Numbered from the stretch's first letter, positions 28,910 to 39,300 are shown. The stretch: DNA of 64,000 nt from Candidatus Methylomirabilota bacterium (GCA_046726415.1 JBKPAK010000024.1:1-64000), one strand, 5' to 3'. A program made the numbers and translations. Notes: generated from the letters alone by a model not told the origin.

Positions 28910-30952
28910 TCATCCCAGACCCGGAATGAACTCTCGCCCGGCTCTGAACTCGACGGTCGAGCCCGCGAAGTCGTCCCCCACTGGCTCGTGGCGCCCGCCG
29001 AGGTGCTGCGCGAGGAACGCCTCGGCGACCGCGGTGAACGACCGGCGATTCTCGGGACGACGGAACCCGTGGCCCTCGTCGGTGTAGTAGACGTAGGTCA
29101 CCGGGATGCCGCGCTGCTTCATGGCGGCCACGATCTGGTCCGACTCCGACGGTTTGACACGTACGTCGTTCGCGCCCTGCGCGATCAGCAGCGGGCGGAC
29201 GATCCGATCCACGCGGTTGAGCGGAGAGCGATCCTGCAGGAAGAGCTGGCCGGCCTCCGTCGTGTAGTCCCCCATCCGGGCCTTCCAGATGGTCTGCCAC
29301 GGCTTCCAGTACGGGGGAATGGTGTTCATGAGCGTGATGAGATTCGAGATTCCGAAGATATCGACGGCGCAGGCGAACTTTTGAGGCGTGAAGGTCACAC
29401 CGACCAGCGCCGAGTACCCCCCGTAGCTGGCGCCGTAGATCGCGATCCGCTTCGGATCGGCGATCCGTCGGGCGATGGCCCAGTCGACCCCGTCGATCAG
29501 ATCGTCGTGCATCTTCCCCGCCCACTCCAGATTCGCGGCGTTGACGAAGGCCTTGCCGAATCCCGTCGAGCCCCGGAAGTTGACGCTCAGAACAGCGTAG
29601 CCGCGGTTGGCCAGCCACTGGTGGGTAGACGACAGCCCCCAAACGTCTCGCCCCCAGGGGCCGCCGTGCACCAGGAGTACCATCGGTCCCGGGCCGCCGC
29701 GCTCGGCGCCTCGCGGGCGCGATAGGTAGCAGACAAGTGGCAGTCCGTCGCGTGCCCGCAGCTCGACTGGCTGCATCGGCACGAGCGGAGCCTTTTCCAG
29801 GGCGGGGCGCGCCGTGAACAGGAATCGCGCCTTCCTCGTGGGGCGGTTGTAGTGGAAATACTGTCCGGGGGCGGCATCGCGCTCGTAGTAGACGACCCAG
29901 TTCTGCCGGTCGTCCGATAGCCTGACACCGGTGAGGTCGCCGGTCGAGACGCGGCCGAGGTAGGCATAGTCGGCGGCGTATGCGGGATCGATCACCCGCC
30001 AGCGCCGGCGCGTGAACATCGTCATCGCCGCGAACGGACGGTAGGTCGACGGGTCGAGCGCCAGCTCCACGAAGTCGGCCTTCGCATCCTGGGCCAGGAC
30101 CCGCACCGCGCCGGTGGCGAGGTTCTGCGCGACGACCGCCGCCGTGTCACGACCACGGGTGTCGAGCCAGAAGAGCTCGGTGCCGTCGTCGGAGGACCCG
30201 ACGGCGCGCGTGGTCATGGCGTCTGCCATCGGAGTGTGGGTGAACAGTTCCCAGTCGCCGCCTGCTCCGCGCTGCAGATACTCGATGCCACCGTCGTCGG
30301 TGAAACGGGCGGCGAAGCGGACGCGGAACCGGGGATCGGTGACGTGAAACGCGAACCCCTCGTTTTCCTGGAGAAGCGTCGCGTGTCCGGTCGCCACGTT
30401 GACGCGGAAGACGTCGAAGTAGCGCTGATCGCGCTGGTTGTGGGCGATCAGCAGCTCGCCTGGGAAGTGGCGGGAGGTCTGTTGGACGTAGGATTTGACG
30501 CCCGGACCGGGGGTGAGCGGCAGGACGTCCCCCGTCTCGAGATCGACCCGATGGGTCTGCCAGTTCTCGTCGCCGCCCTGCTCGCGGAAGAACACGACGT
30601 GCCGGTTGTCGTGGAGCCAGACCAGCCAGGGCCCGAGATTCCGGTCGGTCACGCGAGTGAACGGGCGCGCCTTCGTCACGTCCCCGATCGGACCGACCCA
30701 CAGGTTCAGCACGCCGGCAAGGGGAGCCAGAAATGCCAGGCGCAGTCCGTCCGGACTGATGCGGACGACCGACCGGTCGGCATCGGCGAACAGGAGCAGG
30801 CGGGGCAGCAGCGGCACCGCCGTCTCTGCTGTCGCAGACACCGGAGTGCCGGTCGACTGCGCGCGGGGTAGTCGGACGCCACCCCCCAGCACCACCGCAC
30901 CGGCCGAGGCCGCGAGGAGGAGGTGACGACGATTGAGCTCGTGGCGATTCAT
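28910..30952 (-). CDS. S9 family peptidase with twin-arginine signal peptide
   Basis: NRRHLLLAA signal, VHGGPW, GASYGG, DVRV, DEGHGF. Confidence 0.93.
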   Translation of the reverse strand: MNRHELNRRHLLLAASAGAVVLGGGVRLPRAQSTGTPVSATAETAVPLLPRLLLFADADRSVVRISPDGLRLAFLAPLAGVLNLWVGPIGDVTKARPFTRVTDRNLGPWLVWLHDNRHVVFFREQGGDENWQTHRVDLETGDVLPLTPGPGVKSYVQQTSRHFPGELLIAHNQRDQRYFDVFRVNVATGHATLLQENEGFAFHVTDPRFRVRFAARFTDDGGIEYLQRGAGGDWELFTHTPMADAMTTRAVGSSDDGTELFWLDTRGRDTAAVVAQNLATGAVRVLAQDAKADFVELALDPSTYRPFAAMTMFTRRRWRVIDPAYAADYAYLGRVSTGDLTGVRLSDDRQNWVVYYERDAAPGQYFHYNRPTRKARFLFTARPALEKAPLVPMQPVELRARDGLPLVCYLSRPRGAERGGPGPMVLLVHGGPWGRDVWGLSSTHQWLANRGYAVLSVNFRGSTGFGKAFVNAANLEWAGKMHDDLIDGVDWAIARRIADPKRIAIYGASYGGYSALVGVTFTPQKFACAVDIFGISNLITLMNTIPPYWKPWQTIWKARMGDYTTEAGQLFLQDRSPLNRVDRIVRPLLIAQGANDVRVKPSESDQIVAAMKQRGIPVTYVYYTDEGHGFRRPENRRSFTAVAEAFLAQHLGGRHEPVGDDFAGSTVEFRAGREFIPGLG

Positions 30953-31224
30953 CGGTCGGGCCTCCCTCGACGCGATTCCGCGTGATCGGCGCTCGCCATG
31001 GGCCGGGACGCGTCGCGATACCGTGACCAGCCCGGGACGTCGAGCCCGGTCCGCCCGATCATCCGTCCCAGCATCATTGCTGAGGCGCTGCGCGCCGACA
31101 AGTGCCACAAAACGGGATTCCGCCTTTGCGTGGAGCGATAGCCGGCGCGATCGAGGACATCGGCCGCCAGCCCGCGAGGGAAGGGCCGTGCGCATGCCTT
31201 CGTCGCCGCGGGGGGACGATGAGC

Positions 31225-31551
31225 TTAGCGCGCGGGAGCAGGAGGGCCTGGAACGGTGGGGGTGGTCCGCTGCCGTTCCAGCGCTTCCAGGCGGCGGGCG
31301 AGCTCATCGCGCTCGGCCCGCAGGGTGTGGACCTGCTGCTCGCGCTGGGCCAGGCGCTGCTCCAGCTGCGCCAGCCGGTTGTGAAGCTGGGCCTCCTGCG
31401 CATACAGCGCTCGCAGCTCCTCTTCCAGGCGCATCGCGCGCTGCCGCGCCGGCAGGAGCCCGGCGAAGAGAACGTAGACGGTGAGGACGGCGAACAGCAC
31501 GCTCGCCGCCACGAGAAACCACGGGACCGCGGCGCGAACGCGATCCGCCAC
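31225..31551 (-). CDS. hypothetical membrane-anchored coiled-coil protein
   Basis: One N-terminal TM followed by heptad-like LEEELRAL..LAQLEQRLAQ. Confidence 0.7.
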   Translation of the reverse strand: MADRVRAAVPWFLVAASVLFAVLTVYVLFAGLLPARQRAMRLEEELRALYAQEAQLHNRLAQLEQRLAQREQQVHTLRAERDELARRLEALERQRTTPTVPGPPAPAR

Positions 31552-31624
31552 GAGCGGGAATTCTAGCAGAATCCCCCGAGGCTCTCGGTGACTGGAGTGC
31601 TATCATCGGCCTTGAGAGGAACTC

Positions 31625-32137
31625 GTGGAGCTGCGACGCTTCTTCGATCGGGCGGTGCGCGCCAGCTTCGCTGACCTGGCCCATCGAGATGATCCCGTGG
31701 CGCCGTACCTGGTCGACCTCCTCACCCGCTTCGCCCGCACGGAAAACCTCTTTCCGCCGGGGAGCACCGTGCCGCGCCTGGAGACCGTGGCCGACATGCT
31801 CATCGAGATCCAGGGGCTCTGGGACGACCGGATGCCGTCGTTCCAGCCCCAGCGCGAAGTATCGGTGCGACGCCACATAGGCGATTTCACCCTGTTCATG
31901 ACGGGAATCTTCCGCGAGCGCGTCGAGCGCGCGGCCTCCGCCGGGTACTACATCGTCGAGGGCAAGCGAGCCTATCGCTTCGTCTCCGAACATGCCCGCG
32001 CGCGGGCCGAGGTCGACGCGCCCTATCGTTGGCTGGCCGAGCGGTTCGAGAGCTATGCGCGCGTGCTGGACTACACGCGCCGCGTGCACTTCTACGATTA
32101 CCCGCCGCACACCTTCTTCCGTCTGCACTTCGAATGA
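31625..32137 (+). CDS. conserved hypothetical protein
   Basis: YLVDLLTRF..RHIGDFTLFMTGIFRE..YY..GKRAY; RBS GAGGA; TATCAT upstream. Confidence 0.8.
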   Translation: MELRRFFDRAVRASFADLAHRDDPVAPYLVDLLTRFARTENLFPPGSTVPRLETVADMLIEIQGLWDDRMPSFQPQREVSVRRHIGDFTLFMTGIFRERVERAASAGYYIVEGKRAYRFVSEHARARAEVDAPYRWLAERFESYARVLDYTRRVHFYDYPPHTFFRLHFE

Positions 32138-32157
32138 CGCCCGGAGCCAGTCGAAGT

Positions 32158-32270
32158 ATCGAGGAGCTCCCCCGAGCGCGACGAGCGCGGGGAGCATGGA
32201 GGGAAGCCCTGGCTCCGCTGGGGTGTCCCGAGCGTCGGTGGGTTTGGCGGGCCCTGTCGAGGCCTCCCAT
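32158..32270 (-). repeat. GC-rich palindromic repeat element (one full + one partial unit)
   Basis: Reverse complement ATGGGAGGCCTCGACAGGGCCCGCCAAACCCACCGACGCTCGGGACACCCCAGCGGAGC... closely matches 28736. Confidence 0.8.
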
Positions 32271-32297
32271 CTCCCTCGCCCGGCCGAGGTCGCGCTC

Positions 32298-33443
32298 ATG
32301 ACCTCGCCCACCGCGGAGGCCGTAGCCGAGTGCCGCCGCAGGCTCGACGCCACACTTCACAGCCCTGGCGACATCGAACCGTCGGCCCTCGCTGTGTTCG
32401 CGCGCCTACCCGCCAAGGACCTGGACGCGCTGCTGCGCGGATTTGCCGCCGAGCACGGCGCCGCCGCGCTCCCCGCCCTGACTGCGCTGGCCTCGGATCC
32501 AGCCGACCGGACGCTCCGGCGCGCGGCCAGGCTCGCGCTGTACCGCCTGGCCCAGCGCGGGGTCGCCGCGCCGCGGCCGGCCCCGCCGCGACCTGTCGTG
32601 GAACAAGAGTCCGAACGCGCGAGGCGGGCGTGGGTCTCAGGCATCGACGGCAGTGGCTCGCGGGCAATGTGGATCGTCTTCGAGGGGAGCTTCGGTGGCG
32701 GCGCGCTGTGCTCGGTGATCGTCAATGACGTGGCCGGCATCCTCGAGGCGGCGGGCGGCGACATCACCAGGAAGCGGCTGGAGCGCGAGCTGGCCGCCCT
32801 GCGCGCCTCGCAAAAGCTGCCGTGGGTCGAGACCGATCCCGCGCGCGCGGTGGCGCTCGTCCGCGAAGCCCTCGCGCTTCACGCCGCGCTAGGAACGGCG
32901 CCACCCGCCGCTTTTGGCCGCTGGCAGCGCTTCTTCGAGGAGGGCACTCCCGCACCAGCGCCCACCGTGTCGCCCGCGTCCACGGACCACGCGGAGTCCT
33001 CAGCGCTCGATCGCTCAACCGAGCTGCTCGACTTGCCCGACTTCGCCGGTTGGTTTCTCGATCCCGAGGCGTTGCAGAGCGATGCCGTCGCGCTCCTTCA
33101 GACCCGCGAAAGCCGGCTCGTCGTCTCCGATCAGATCAAGGCCGAACGCGAGGCGGCCATCGTCGATGCTGTGATGGCGCGCGAGTTCACGCCAGAGGGC
33201 CGGCGCCGATGGGCGCGCCGCCTGGAGGAGATGGCGCTCATCCTCGCCGCTACCGACCGGGCGGAGGCGTCGATGTTGGCGACGACCGCCGCCGCCGCGT
33301 TGCGCGACCAGACGCGCGAGGCTCGACGCCACCCGTTAGCCCTGGCATTGGCTCGGCGCGGGCTGGAGGTCGCGAGCGAGGTCGCTCTGGGCCGAGTCAA
33401 GCTCGCCGACGTCAGCCGCAAGCCCGGCGCCGCCGGGACGTGA
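32298..33443 (+). CDS. hypothetical protein (helical, HEAT-like N-terminus)
   Basis: RRAARLALYRLAQRG, SGIDGSGSR; RBS GAGG; stop overlaps the next start. Confidence 0.75.
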   Translation: MTSPTAEAVAECRRRLDATLHSPGDIEPSALAVFARLPAKDLDALLRGFAAEHGAAALPALTALASDPADRTLRRAARLALYRLAQRGVAAPRPAPPRPVVEQESERARRAWVSGIDGSGSRAMWIVFEGSFGGGALCSVIVNDVAGILEAAGGDITRKRLERELAALRASQKLPWVETDPARAVALVREALALHAALGTAPPAAFGRWQRFFEEGTPAPAPTVSPASTDHAESSALDRSTELLDLPDFAGWFLDPEALQSDAVALLQTRESRLVVSDQIKAEREAAIVDAVMAREFTPEGRRRWARRLEEMALILAATDRAEASMLATTAAAALRDQTREARRHPLALALARRGLEVASEVALGRVKLADVSRKPGAAGT

Positions 33444-34405
33444 TCACTCGCGTTCCCGGCATCCGCGTCGGGCATGAGACGGACGCGCGCGCCTGCACCG
33501 GGGTGACCGTGGTCCTCTGCGACCGGCCGGCCGTGGCCGGGGTCGAGCTGCGCGGGGGAGCGAACGACGTCGTGGGGCTGGACTATCTCGATCCCCGCCA
33601 CCTGGTGAGCACGGTCAACGGCGTCGTGCTGGCAGGCGGGAGCCGCTTCGGTGGCGAATCCATCTGGGGCGTCATGCGCTACCTGGAGGAGCGCGGGGTC
33701 GGCTTCGCGGCCGGCCCCACAATCGTGCCTCACGTACCCGGCGCGTTTCTGTTCGATCTCAACGTGGGCGATGGCCGGGTTCGCCCCACGCGCGAGATGG
33801 GTTACGCGGCCGCGGCGGCGGCCACCTCCGGCGCGTTTGCGGAGGGCAGCGTGGGCGCGGGCACAGGTGCCAGCGTGGGCAAGGTCCTCGGCATCGCCCG
33901 GGCCATGCGGGGGGGAATTGGCACCGCGAGCACGGCGCTGGGTGACGCGGTGGTGGGGGCCATCGTGGCGGTCAACGCCCTGGGCGACGTGCGCGATCCT
34001 GTCACAGGTGCGCTCATTGCGGGAACCCGCGAGGGGACCGATCGCCTCGAGCTCTCCGACTCGGAAGCGCTTCTCAGGTCGACCACTCCGCTCACCCGCT
34101 TCGGGACGCCGGCCCACACCACGATCGGGGTGGTGGCTACCAACGCGCGGCTCGCCAAGCCGGACGCAGCGAAAGTCGCCGCGCTGGGGCTCATCGGCTT
34201 TGCCCGCGCGCTGTCCCCTCCGCACACCGCCTTCGACGGCGACACGCTGTTCGTCCTGTCCGTCGGGGACGTGCCGGCCGACCTCACGCGTCTCGGGCTC
34301 GCCGCCGCCGACGTGGTCGCCCACGCCATCGCGCGAGGCGTGCGCGCCGCCGCTTCCCTGCCTGGCCTCCCGGCGGCGCGAGACGTGACGAAAGCCCCAG
34401 CCTGA
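33440..34405 (+). CDS. P1 family (DmpA/S58) aminopeptidase
   Basis: ITRVPGIRVGH..TGVTVV, GSVGAGTGA, TTIGVVATNA, FDGDTLF. Confidence 0.92.
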   Translation: MITRVPGIRVGHETDARACTGVTVVLCDRPAVAGVELRGGANDVVGLDYLDPRHLVSTVNGVVLAGGSRFGGESIWGVMRYLEERGVGFAAGPTIVPHVPGAFLFDLNVGDGRVRPTREMGYAAAAAATSGAFAEGSVGAGTGASVGKVLGIARAMRGGIGTASTALGDAVVGAIVAVNALGDVRDPVTGALIAGTREGTDRLELSDSEALLRSTTPLTRFGTPAHTTIGVVATNARLAKPDAAKVAALGLIGFARALSPPHTAFDGDTLFVLSVGDVPADLTRLGLAAADVVAHAIARGVRAAASLPGLPAARDVTKAPA

Positions 34406-34468
34406 AAGGGGGGCGCAGAATCGAGCGGCCCGGGTTCCCCCGCGCCGCGGCCGCCGAGACCAGCGGGC

Positions 34469-34847
34469 CTAATCGGGGAGCGGCTGCCCACGCGCCTCGG
34501 GACCGGCGAAGGGCGTCGCCACGAGTCCCAGCACATAGACGGCGCTCAGCAAGGCGGCGGCTGGGGCGGAGCCTCCCAGCGAGTCCACGACCCACCCCGC
34601 GACCAGAGGCCCGAAGGCCGCCAGGTAACGAGCGCTGTTGAAGCCGATCGCGGCCCCTGTGCTGCGGACCGCAGTGGGATAGACCTCGGGAGGGTAGACC
34701 CCTGATGGCCACGGCGCCGACGAGGATCAGCGCATACGTCTCGTACCCGTCGAAGAGCCAGCGGCCGGCCGACGCGACGAGGGCCCGCCGGGCTGCCGGG
34801 TCGGGTGGCCTGCTCACGCGATCGGGAATCAGACGAGGCGGGGCCAC
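34469..34847 (-). pseudogene. MFS transporter remnant with a large internal deletion
   Basis: TM1 (WLFDGYETYALIL) joined with a frame change at ~34700 to the C-terminus (PEVYPTAVRSTGAAIGFNSARYLAAFGP...GPEARGQPLPD-stop). Confidence 0.8.
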
Positions 34848-34879
34848 CAGATTGCCGCCGATCGGTTTAGACTGAGCGC

Positions 34880-35176
34880 ATGCCGAGACGCGGCAAGGTC
34901 ATTCCGCTCCCCAGTGCGCGGCGGACGCCCCGGCCAGCCGGGAGCGAGCGCGAGTTCGCCGAGGTGCATCGCTGTGACCAGGCCGAGGCGCTCGTGGTGA
35001 AGGGACTCTTCGAAAGCGAGGGCATCCCGACCCTGCTCCGCTCCCATCTCGTCGCCTCGGTGCACCCCTTCAGCGTGGGCGACCAGGGCGAGGTCGTCGT
35101 CCTCGTTCCCAAGGATCAGCTCCCGCGGTGCCGGCCGCTGTTGATCAGATTGGTCCGCCGGCCCTTGCCCTCCTGA
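34880..35176 (+). CDS. DUF2007-like putative signal-transducing protein
   Basis: EALVVKGLFESEGIP..VVVLVP. Confidence 0.75.
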   Translation: MPRRGKVIPLPSARRTPRPAGSEREFAEVHRCDQAEALVVKGLFESEGIPTLLRSHLVASVHPFSVGDQGEVVVLVPKDQLPRCRPLLIRLVRRPLPS

Positions 35177-35197
35177 ACGGTCGGAAGCGGATCCTCG

Positions 35198-36130
35198 TCA
35201 CTCCATCGCCGCCACGACGGCTTCCAGCGCTCCCCCGATGAGAGCGAGCGCGGTCGGTTGGATGGTGGAGCCGGCATCGCGGGGGGTGTGATAGGTGTCA
35301 AAGGGCGGCGGCCGACGCACCAGGTGCATGAGCACCCCCCGAGCCGGCTTCAGCGCGAACTGGCGCAGGGCGTCCGCATGGGCGAGCGGCATGACGCTGA
35401 GCCCGTAGGCGGGAATCCCGGCGGCGGCGAAGGCGCGGTGGTCGCTGCCAAAGACGGGGATACGCCCCACTTGATGGTACGTCGCGTCCCGGGTCAGCCC
35501 GTATGCCTCGAAGCCGGCGCGGACGGCGCCGAGAAATGGCGTCTCCGTGGTGGCATCCCAGACGGCAAGGCAATCCCCGATCCCGCACAGCTCGAGACTC
35601 AGCGCGCCGACGACGTCGCGGAGCGGCACCTCGCGGACGTAGGCGCGAGCGCCGAGATAGCCCAGCTCCTCGGCCGCCGTAAAGAGCAAGCGGACCCGCA
35701 CGTGGGGCGGGACCAGGCGCGGCAACCGCTCGAGCAGCGATAGGAGAACGGCCACGGCCCCCGCGTTGTCGTTGGCCCCCGGGCTCCCAGGCACCGCGTC
35801 GTGATGGGCGATGAGAACGAGCGTGCGTGAGCCGTCTCCGATATCGACGCTGAAGTTCTCTCCAGTCCCCTCGAACGTGGCGAACCGGTGGCGGCCTATC
35901 TCGACCCTCCGCGCCTCAAGACAGCGGAGCACGGCGGCCTCGCGCTCTTCGTTCGACCGCCCTTCGAGCAGGGCGAGCAGCGCGGCGGGCGAGCGCGCGT
36001 CGCGGATCACGTCGCCCACCGGCGGCGGGGTGATGCCGTGAGGCCGCTGGCCGGCGTTGACGAGCCCACTCACGTGGCTGTTGAGCTTGCCGCGCAGGTA
36101 GTACCCGACGTCGCGCAGACCGATGGCCGT
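35198..36130 (-). CDS. M28 family metallopeptidase (start uncertain)
   Basis: AHHD, GANDNAGAV, AEELG, SDH, YHT; no ATG near the 5' end (ACG at 36130 or GTG at 36073). Confidence 0.85.
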   Translation of the reverse strand, partial: TAIGLRDVGYYLRGKLNSHVSGLVNAGQRPHGITPPPVGDVIRDARSPAALLALLEGRSNEEREAAVLRCLEARRVEIGRHRFATFEGTGENFSVDIGDGSRTLVLIAHHDAVPGSPGANDNAGAVAVLLSLLERLPRLVPPHVRVRLLFTAAEELGYLGARAYVREVPLRDVVGALSLELCGIGDCLAVWDATTETPFLGAVRAGFEAYGLTRDATYHQVGRIPVFGSDHRAFAAAGIPAYGLSVMPLAHADALRQFALKPARGVLMHLVRRPPPFDTYHTPRDAGSTIQPTALALIGGALEAVVAAME

Positions 36131-36134
36131 TCCC

Positions 36135-36914
36135 CTACGCGAGACGGAAGAGGGCGCGGGCGTTTGCCGAGGTCCCGGCGGCGAATCGCTCCAGCGGCTC
36201 GCCGCGCAGCGCCGCCACGCGAGCGGCGGTGATCGCGAGGTACGCCGGTTCGTTCCGCTTACCCCGGTAGCCTTCCGGAGGGAGGAAAGGGCAGTCGGTC
36301 TCGAGGACGAGGCGATCGGCCGGGACGAAGCGGGCGACGTCGGGAAGGGCCCGCGCATTCTTGTACGTGACGGGCCCGGCAAGGGAGATCAGCAGCCCGA
36401 GGTCCAGGCAGCGCCTCGCCACCGCCACATCGCCGGAGAAGCAGTGCATGACCCCGCCGATCTCGCCGACCCTGGTCTCGGCGAGGATAGCCAGGGTCTC
36501 GCGATGGGCGTCGCGACAGTGGATCACGACCGGCTTGGCCACGCGGTGGGCCAGTTCGAGCTGCCGGCGGAAGACATCCACCTGCACCTCGCGCGGCGAG
36601 AGATCGCGGAAGAAATCGAGCCCGATCTCCCCCACCGCCACCACGCGCGGCGTCAGGGCCATGCGCTCGATCTCCGCCAGGACCGATGCCTCGGCGCTGG
36701 CGGCATCATGAGGATGCACCCCGACGGTGGCCCATACGTCGGGCTCTTGTCCAGTGAGCGCGATGGCTGCTTGCGACGTCGAAAGGTCGGTGCCGATGGT
36801 GACCAGGCCCCGGACGCCTGCGGCACGCGCGCGCCCGATCACGCCGTCGCGATCGTCGTCGTACTCGGGGACGTGCAAGTGTGCGTGCGTGTCAAACAGC
36901 TCGGGCAGGCTCAC
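36135..36914 (-). CDS. tatD: TatD family DNase
   Basis: DTHAHL, GVHPH, VGEIGLD, IHCRDA, MHCFSG, ETDCP. Confidence 0.95.
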   Translation of the reverse strand: MSLPELFDTHAHLHVPEYDDDRDGVIGRARAAGVRGLVTIGTDLSTSQAAIALTGQEPDVWATVGVHPHDAASAEASVLAEIERMALTPRVVAVGEIGLDFFRDLSPREVQVDVFRRQLELAHRVAKPVVIHCRDAHRETLAILAETRVGEIGGVMHCFSGDVAVARRCLDLGLLISLAGPVTYKNARALPDVARFVPADRLVLETDCPFLPPEGYRGKRNEPAYLAITAARVAALRGEPLERFAAGTSANARALFRLA

Positions 36915-38233
36915 TGAAGGATCTCCTCGATGACGCGGCCCTCGACGGCAGGCGCGGCGATGCCGAGCAGCCGCGCCGCGGTGGGGGCGATGTCGATCAG
37001 GCGGATCCGCTCCACGGCCCCCCCCGCGCGCACGCCTGGGCCCGCCGCCAGGAAGCCCGTGGCCATGCTGGGGCGGAATGGCAGAAACCCGTGCGTCCCA
37101 CGACGCGCGAGGAGGGCCGGTGCCTCGATCGGCCCGCAGGCGCCGACCAGATCGAAGCCCGCCGCCGCCTCGATGGCAAAGGCCGCTCCGGGCATCGCTC
37201 CGAGCGCGTCGAGTTCCCGCCGGCTCACGATGGTCAGGCGGCCGGAGGCGGCCTGACGCAGCGCCGTCTCCGCGCTGAGGGCAATGGCCGCGTCGTCCGC
37301 GGGGTTCACAAAGACGGCCGCCGCACCGCCGGCGAGGTGCGCGGTGGCCCGCCATCCATGGCCGGCCCGCGGACACTCGCGCAGGCCGGCGTCCGCCAGG
37401 ATTTGATTCGGAGAGAGCGTTCGCTCCACGTTCTGAAATCCGTGGTCGCCGGTCACGATGATCGCCGTGCGCTCGGCGAGGCCTGCCTCGGTGAGGGCGC
37501 GACGCAGCGTTCCGAGGTGCGCGTCGATGCGCGTGAGGGCCGGCTTGACGTCCGCTCCCTCGCGTCCACCCCGGTGCTGGAAGTAGTCGAGCTGCACCAG
37601 GTGCAGGAGCACGAGATGCGGGCGCGCGTCGCGGATCATAGCGGCCGCCGAAGCGGTGAGAAAACCGTCCCACTCGACCACGTTGCGGAAAATCTCCTCG
37701 CGCGGCGATAGGCCGAGCCGTTCGAAAAGCCCGGGCGTCACCGCCGCCCGCAACGCCTCCAGCGCGTCGCGCCTGGCGTAATAATCGCGCTCGGGCAGGA
37801 GCAGGTCGATGCGGGCGCCGAGCGTCGACGGCCATGACACGCCGGCCGTGCGCCGGCCCGCCGCGCGGGCCCACTCCCAGAGCGCCGTGGCGCGCAGGTC
37901 GGCGGCTTCCTCGTACCAGCGGCCGCGCTCGCCGATTGGCTCGAAGAGCACGTTGAAGCTGATCCCGTGGCGCGCGGGCCTCACGCCGGTGGCGATCGAC
38001 GCGTGACTCGGATACGTCACCGTCGGGAAAACGCCCTCCGCCACCCGCGCGTGGCTGCCTGCGCGGAGCAGGGCCCGAAGCTCCGGAGCGGCGTACGCCT
38101 CGTCGAGGTAGAACTCGGGGCGGAGGCCATCGAGCGAGATCAGAAGCAGGTGTCGGCTGGCCTCCTGGGCGCGTGCGCCCGAGCCGGCGCCGAGCAGGGC
38201 GACCGCGAGGAGCAACCGCCACCAGCGGCTCAT
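36911..38233 (-). CDS. nucleotide pyrophosphatase/phosphodiesterase (alkaline phosphatase superfamily), secreted
   Basis: Signal peptide, ISLDGLR, PTVTYPSH, DYFQH, GDHG, GTHG. Confidence 0.92.
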   Translation of the reverse strand: MSRWWRLLLAVALLGAGSGARAQEASRHLLLISLDGLRPEFYLDEAYAAPELRALLRAGSHARVAEGVFPTVTYPSHASIATGVRPARHGISFNVLFEPIGERGRWYEEAADLRATALWEWARAAGRRTAGVSWPSTLGARIDLLLPERDYYARRDALEALRAAVTPGLFERLGLSPREEIFRNVVEWDGFLTASAAAMIRDARPHLVLLHLVQLDYFQHRGGREGADVKPALTRIDAHLGTLRRALTEAGLAERTAIIVTGDHGFQNVERTLSPNQILADAGLRECPRAGHGWRATAHLAGGAAAVFVNPADDAAIALSAETALRQAASGRLTIVSRRELDALGAMPGAAFAIEAAAGFDLVGACGPIEAPALLARRGTHGFLPFRPSMATGFLAAGPGVRAGGAVERIRLIDIAPTAARLLGIAAPAVEGRVIEEILQ

Positions 38234-39300
38234 GGCACCACCTGAAAGCGCAGGCGCCCGATGAGCTGCCCGGACGTCGTCACGACGTCGACCGACCAGC
38301 CGCCCACCGGATTGGGTGGAAAGCTCTCCTTGCGCGAGTACGTGCGGAACCCCTCCCGGCGGCCCCCGAGCACGGGCGAGAGCCGAACCACCGCGAGCGG
38401 GCGCCCATCGAGGCGCCACACGTGCTCGATGGGTTGACTGAGACCGGCCGGCGCATAGATGGCAGTGTACGCGACGAGACTTCCCCATTCGCGAAGTTGG
38501 GTGACGGTAATGGGACCCCTCACGCGGTCGATGGGTTCCCAGTCCGCCATGCTCCGCGCCAGCGTGGCACCGGCAAGGGCCAGCGGGGCCGGCGGGATGG
38601 CGGTCCGGCCCAAGGTCGCCACGGTCGCGGCCACCACCGCCGCGGCCAGGGTCACCCGCAGCGCGCGCGGCCACGACATCGACCACGCGCGCCGGATCAT
38701 CGGCGTGAGGGAGAGCACGGAGACGGCTGCGCTCGCGATGAGGGCATGCAAGGGCGGAACCCGCACGAGCGGCAATGCCACGTTTAGGGCGGCGAACACG
38801 GCGACGAGGAGGACGGCGTAACGCGCCCACGTGCGAGGCTGCACCAGGGCGTCGAACCAGGGGTCGAACGTGGCGAGCAGGGCGAGCAGGACCAGCAGGC
38901 CGAGGAAGCTCGCGTTGAGCGATGTCAGTGTGGTGCTGGCGTAGTAAGCGGGCAGGATGAACAGAAGCACGCCGTGCAGCAGCGTCTGCACCGCGTAGTC
39001 GGCGCCACGCAGCGGGCGGCGCCAGCCCCTGGCCTCCAGCCCCTCGCGGAAGACGGCGAGCATGACCACGAGCAGCCACATGAGGAGCAAGTAGCCGATG
39101 ATCCACCCCACGTGCGGAAGCCCGCGCCGGAAGACGAACAGGGTGACGAGCCCGCCGGCCAGGGACGCGAGCGAGACACCCCAGTGACGGACGAAGTCCG
39201 CGATCCGAGCCAGAGCCCATGGACGAACCGAGGAGCGCCCCCGGTCCCCCAGGGTGCGGCGAGCGTCAGGGGAGCTTGGGGGGCGCCCCGAGCCCCCCAT
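38230..39300 (-). CDS. multi-TM protein with C-terminal DUF2914-like domain (start uncertain, lies inside the repeat array)
   Basis: ~7 TM segments, AYTAIYAP..IEHVW..GFRTYSRK..WSVDV. Confidence 0.8.
   Translation of the reverse strand: MGGSGRPPSSPDARRTLGDRGRSSVRPWALARIADFVRHWGVSLASLAGGLVTLFVFRRGLPHVGWIIGYLLLMWLLVVMLAVFREGLEARGWRRPLRGADYAVQTLLHGVLLFILPAYYASTTLTSLNASFLGLLVLLALLATFDPWFDALVQPRTWARYAVLLVAVFAALNVALPLVRVPPLHALIASAAVSVLSLTPMIRRAWSMSWPRALRVTLAAAVVAATVATLGRTAIPPAPLALAGATLARSMADWEPIDRVRGPITVTQLREWGSLVAYTAIYAPAGLSQPIEHVWRLDGRPLAVVRLSPVLGGRREGFRTYSRKESFPPNPVGGWSVDVVTTSGQLIGRLRFQVVP

Noticed and set aside
30953..31224. ncRNA or sigma-54 promoter in the intergenic gap
   Set aside because: TGGCAC lacks a -12 element, and I saw no recognisable RNA family or strong structure
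36135..39220. Apparent long fusions (695-aa TatD, 769-aa phosphodiesterase) in the ORF track
   Set aside because: The extensions are off-frame readings of upstream genes; true starts overlap the preceding stops (36914, 38233)
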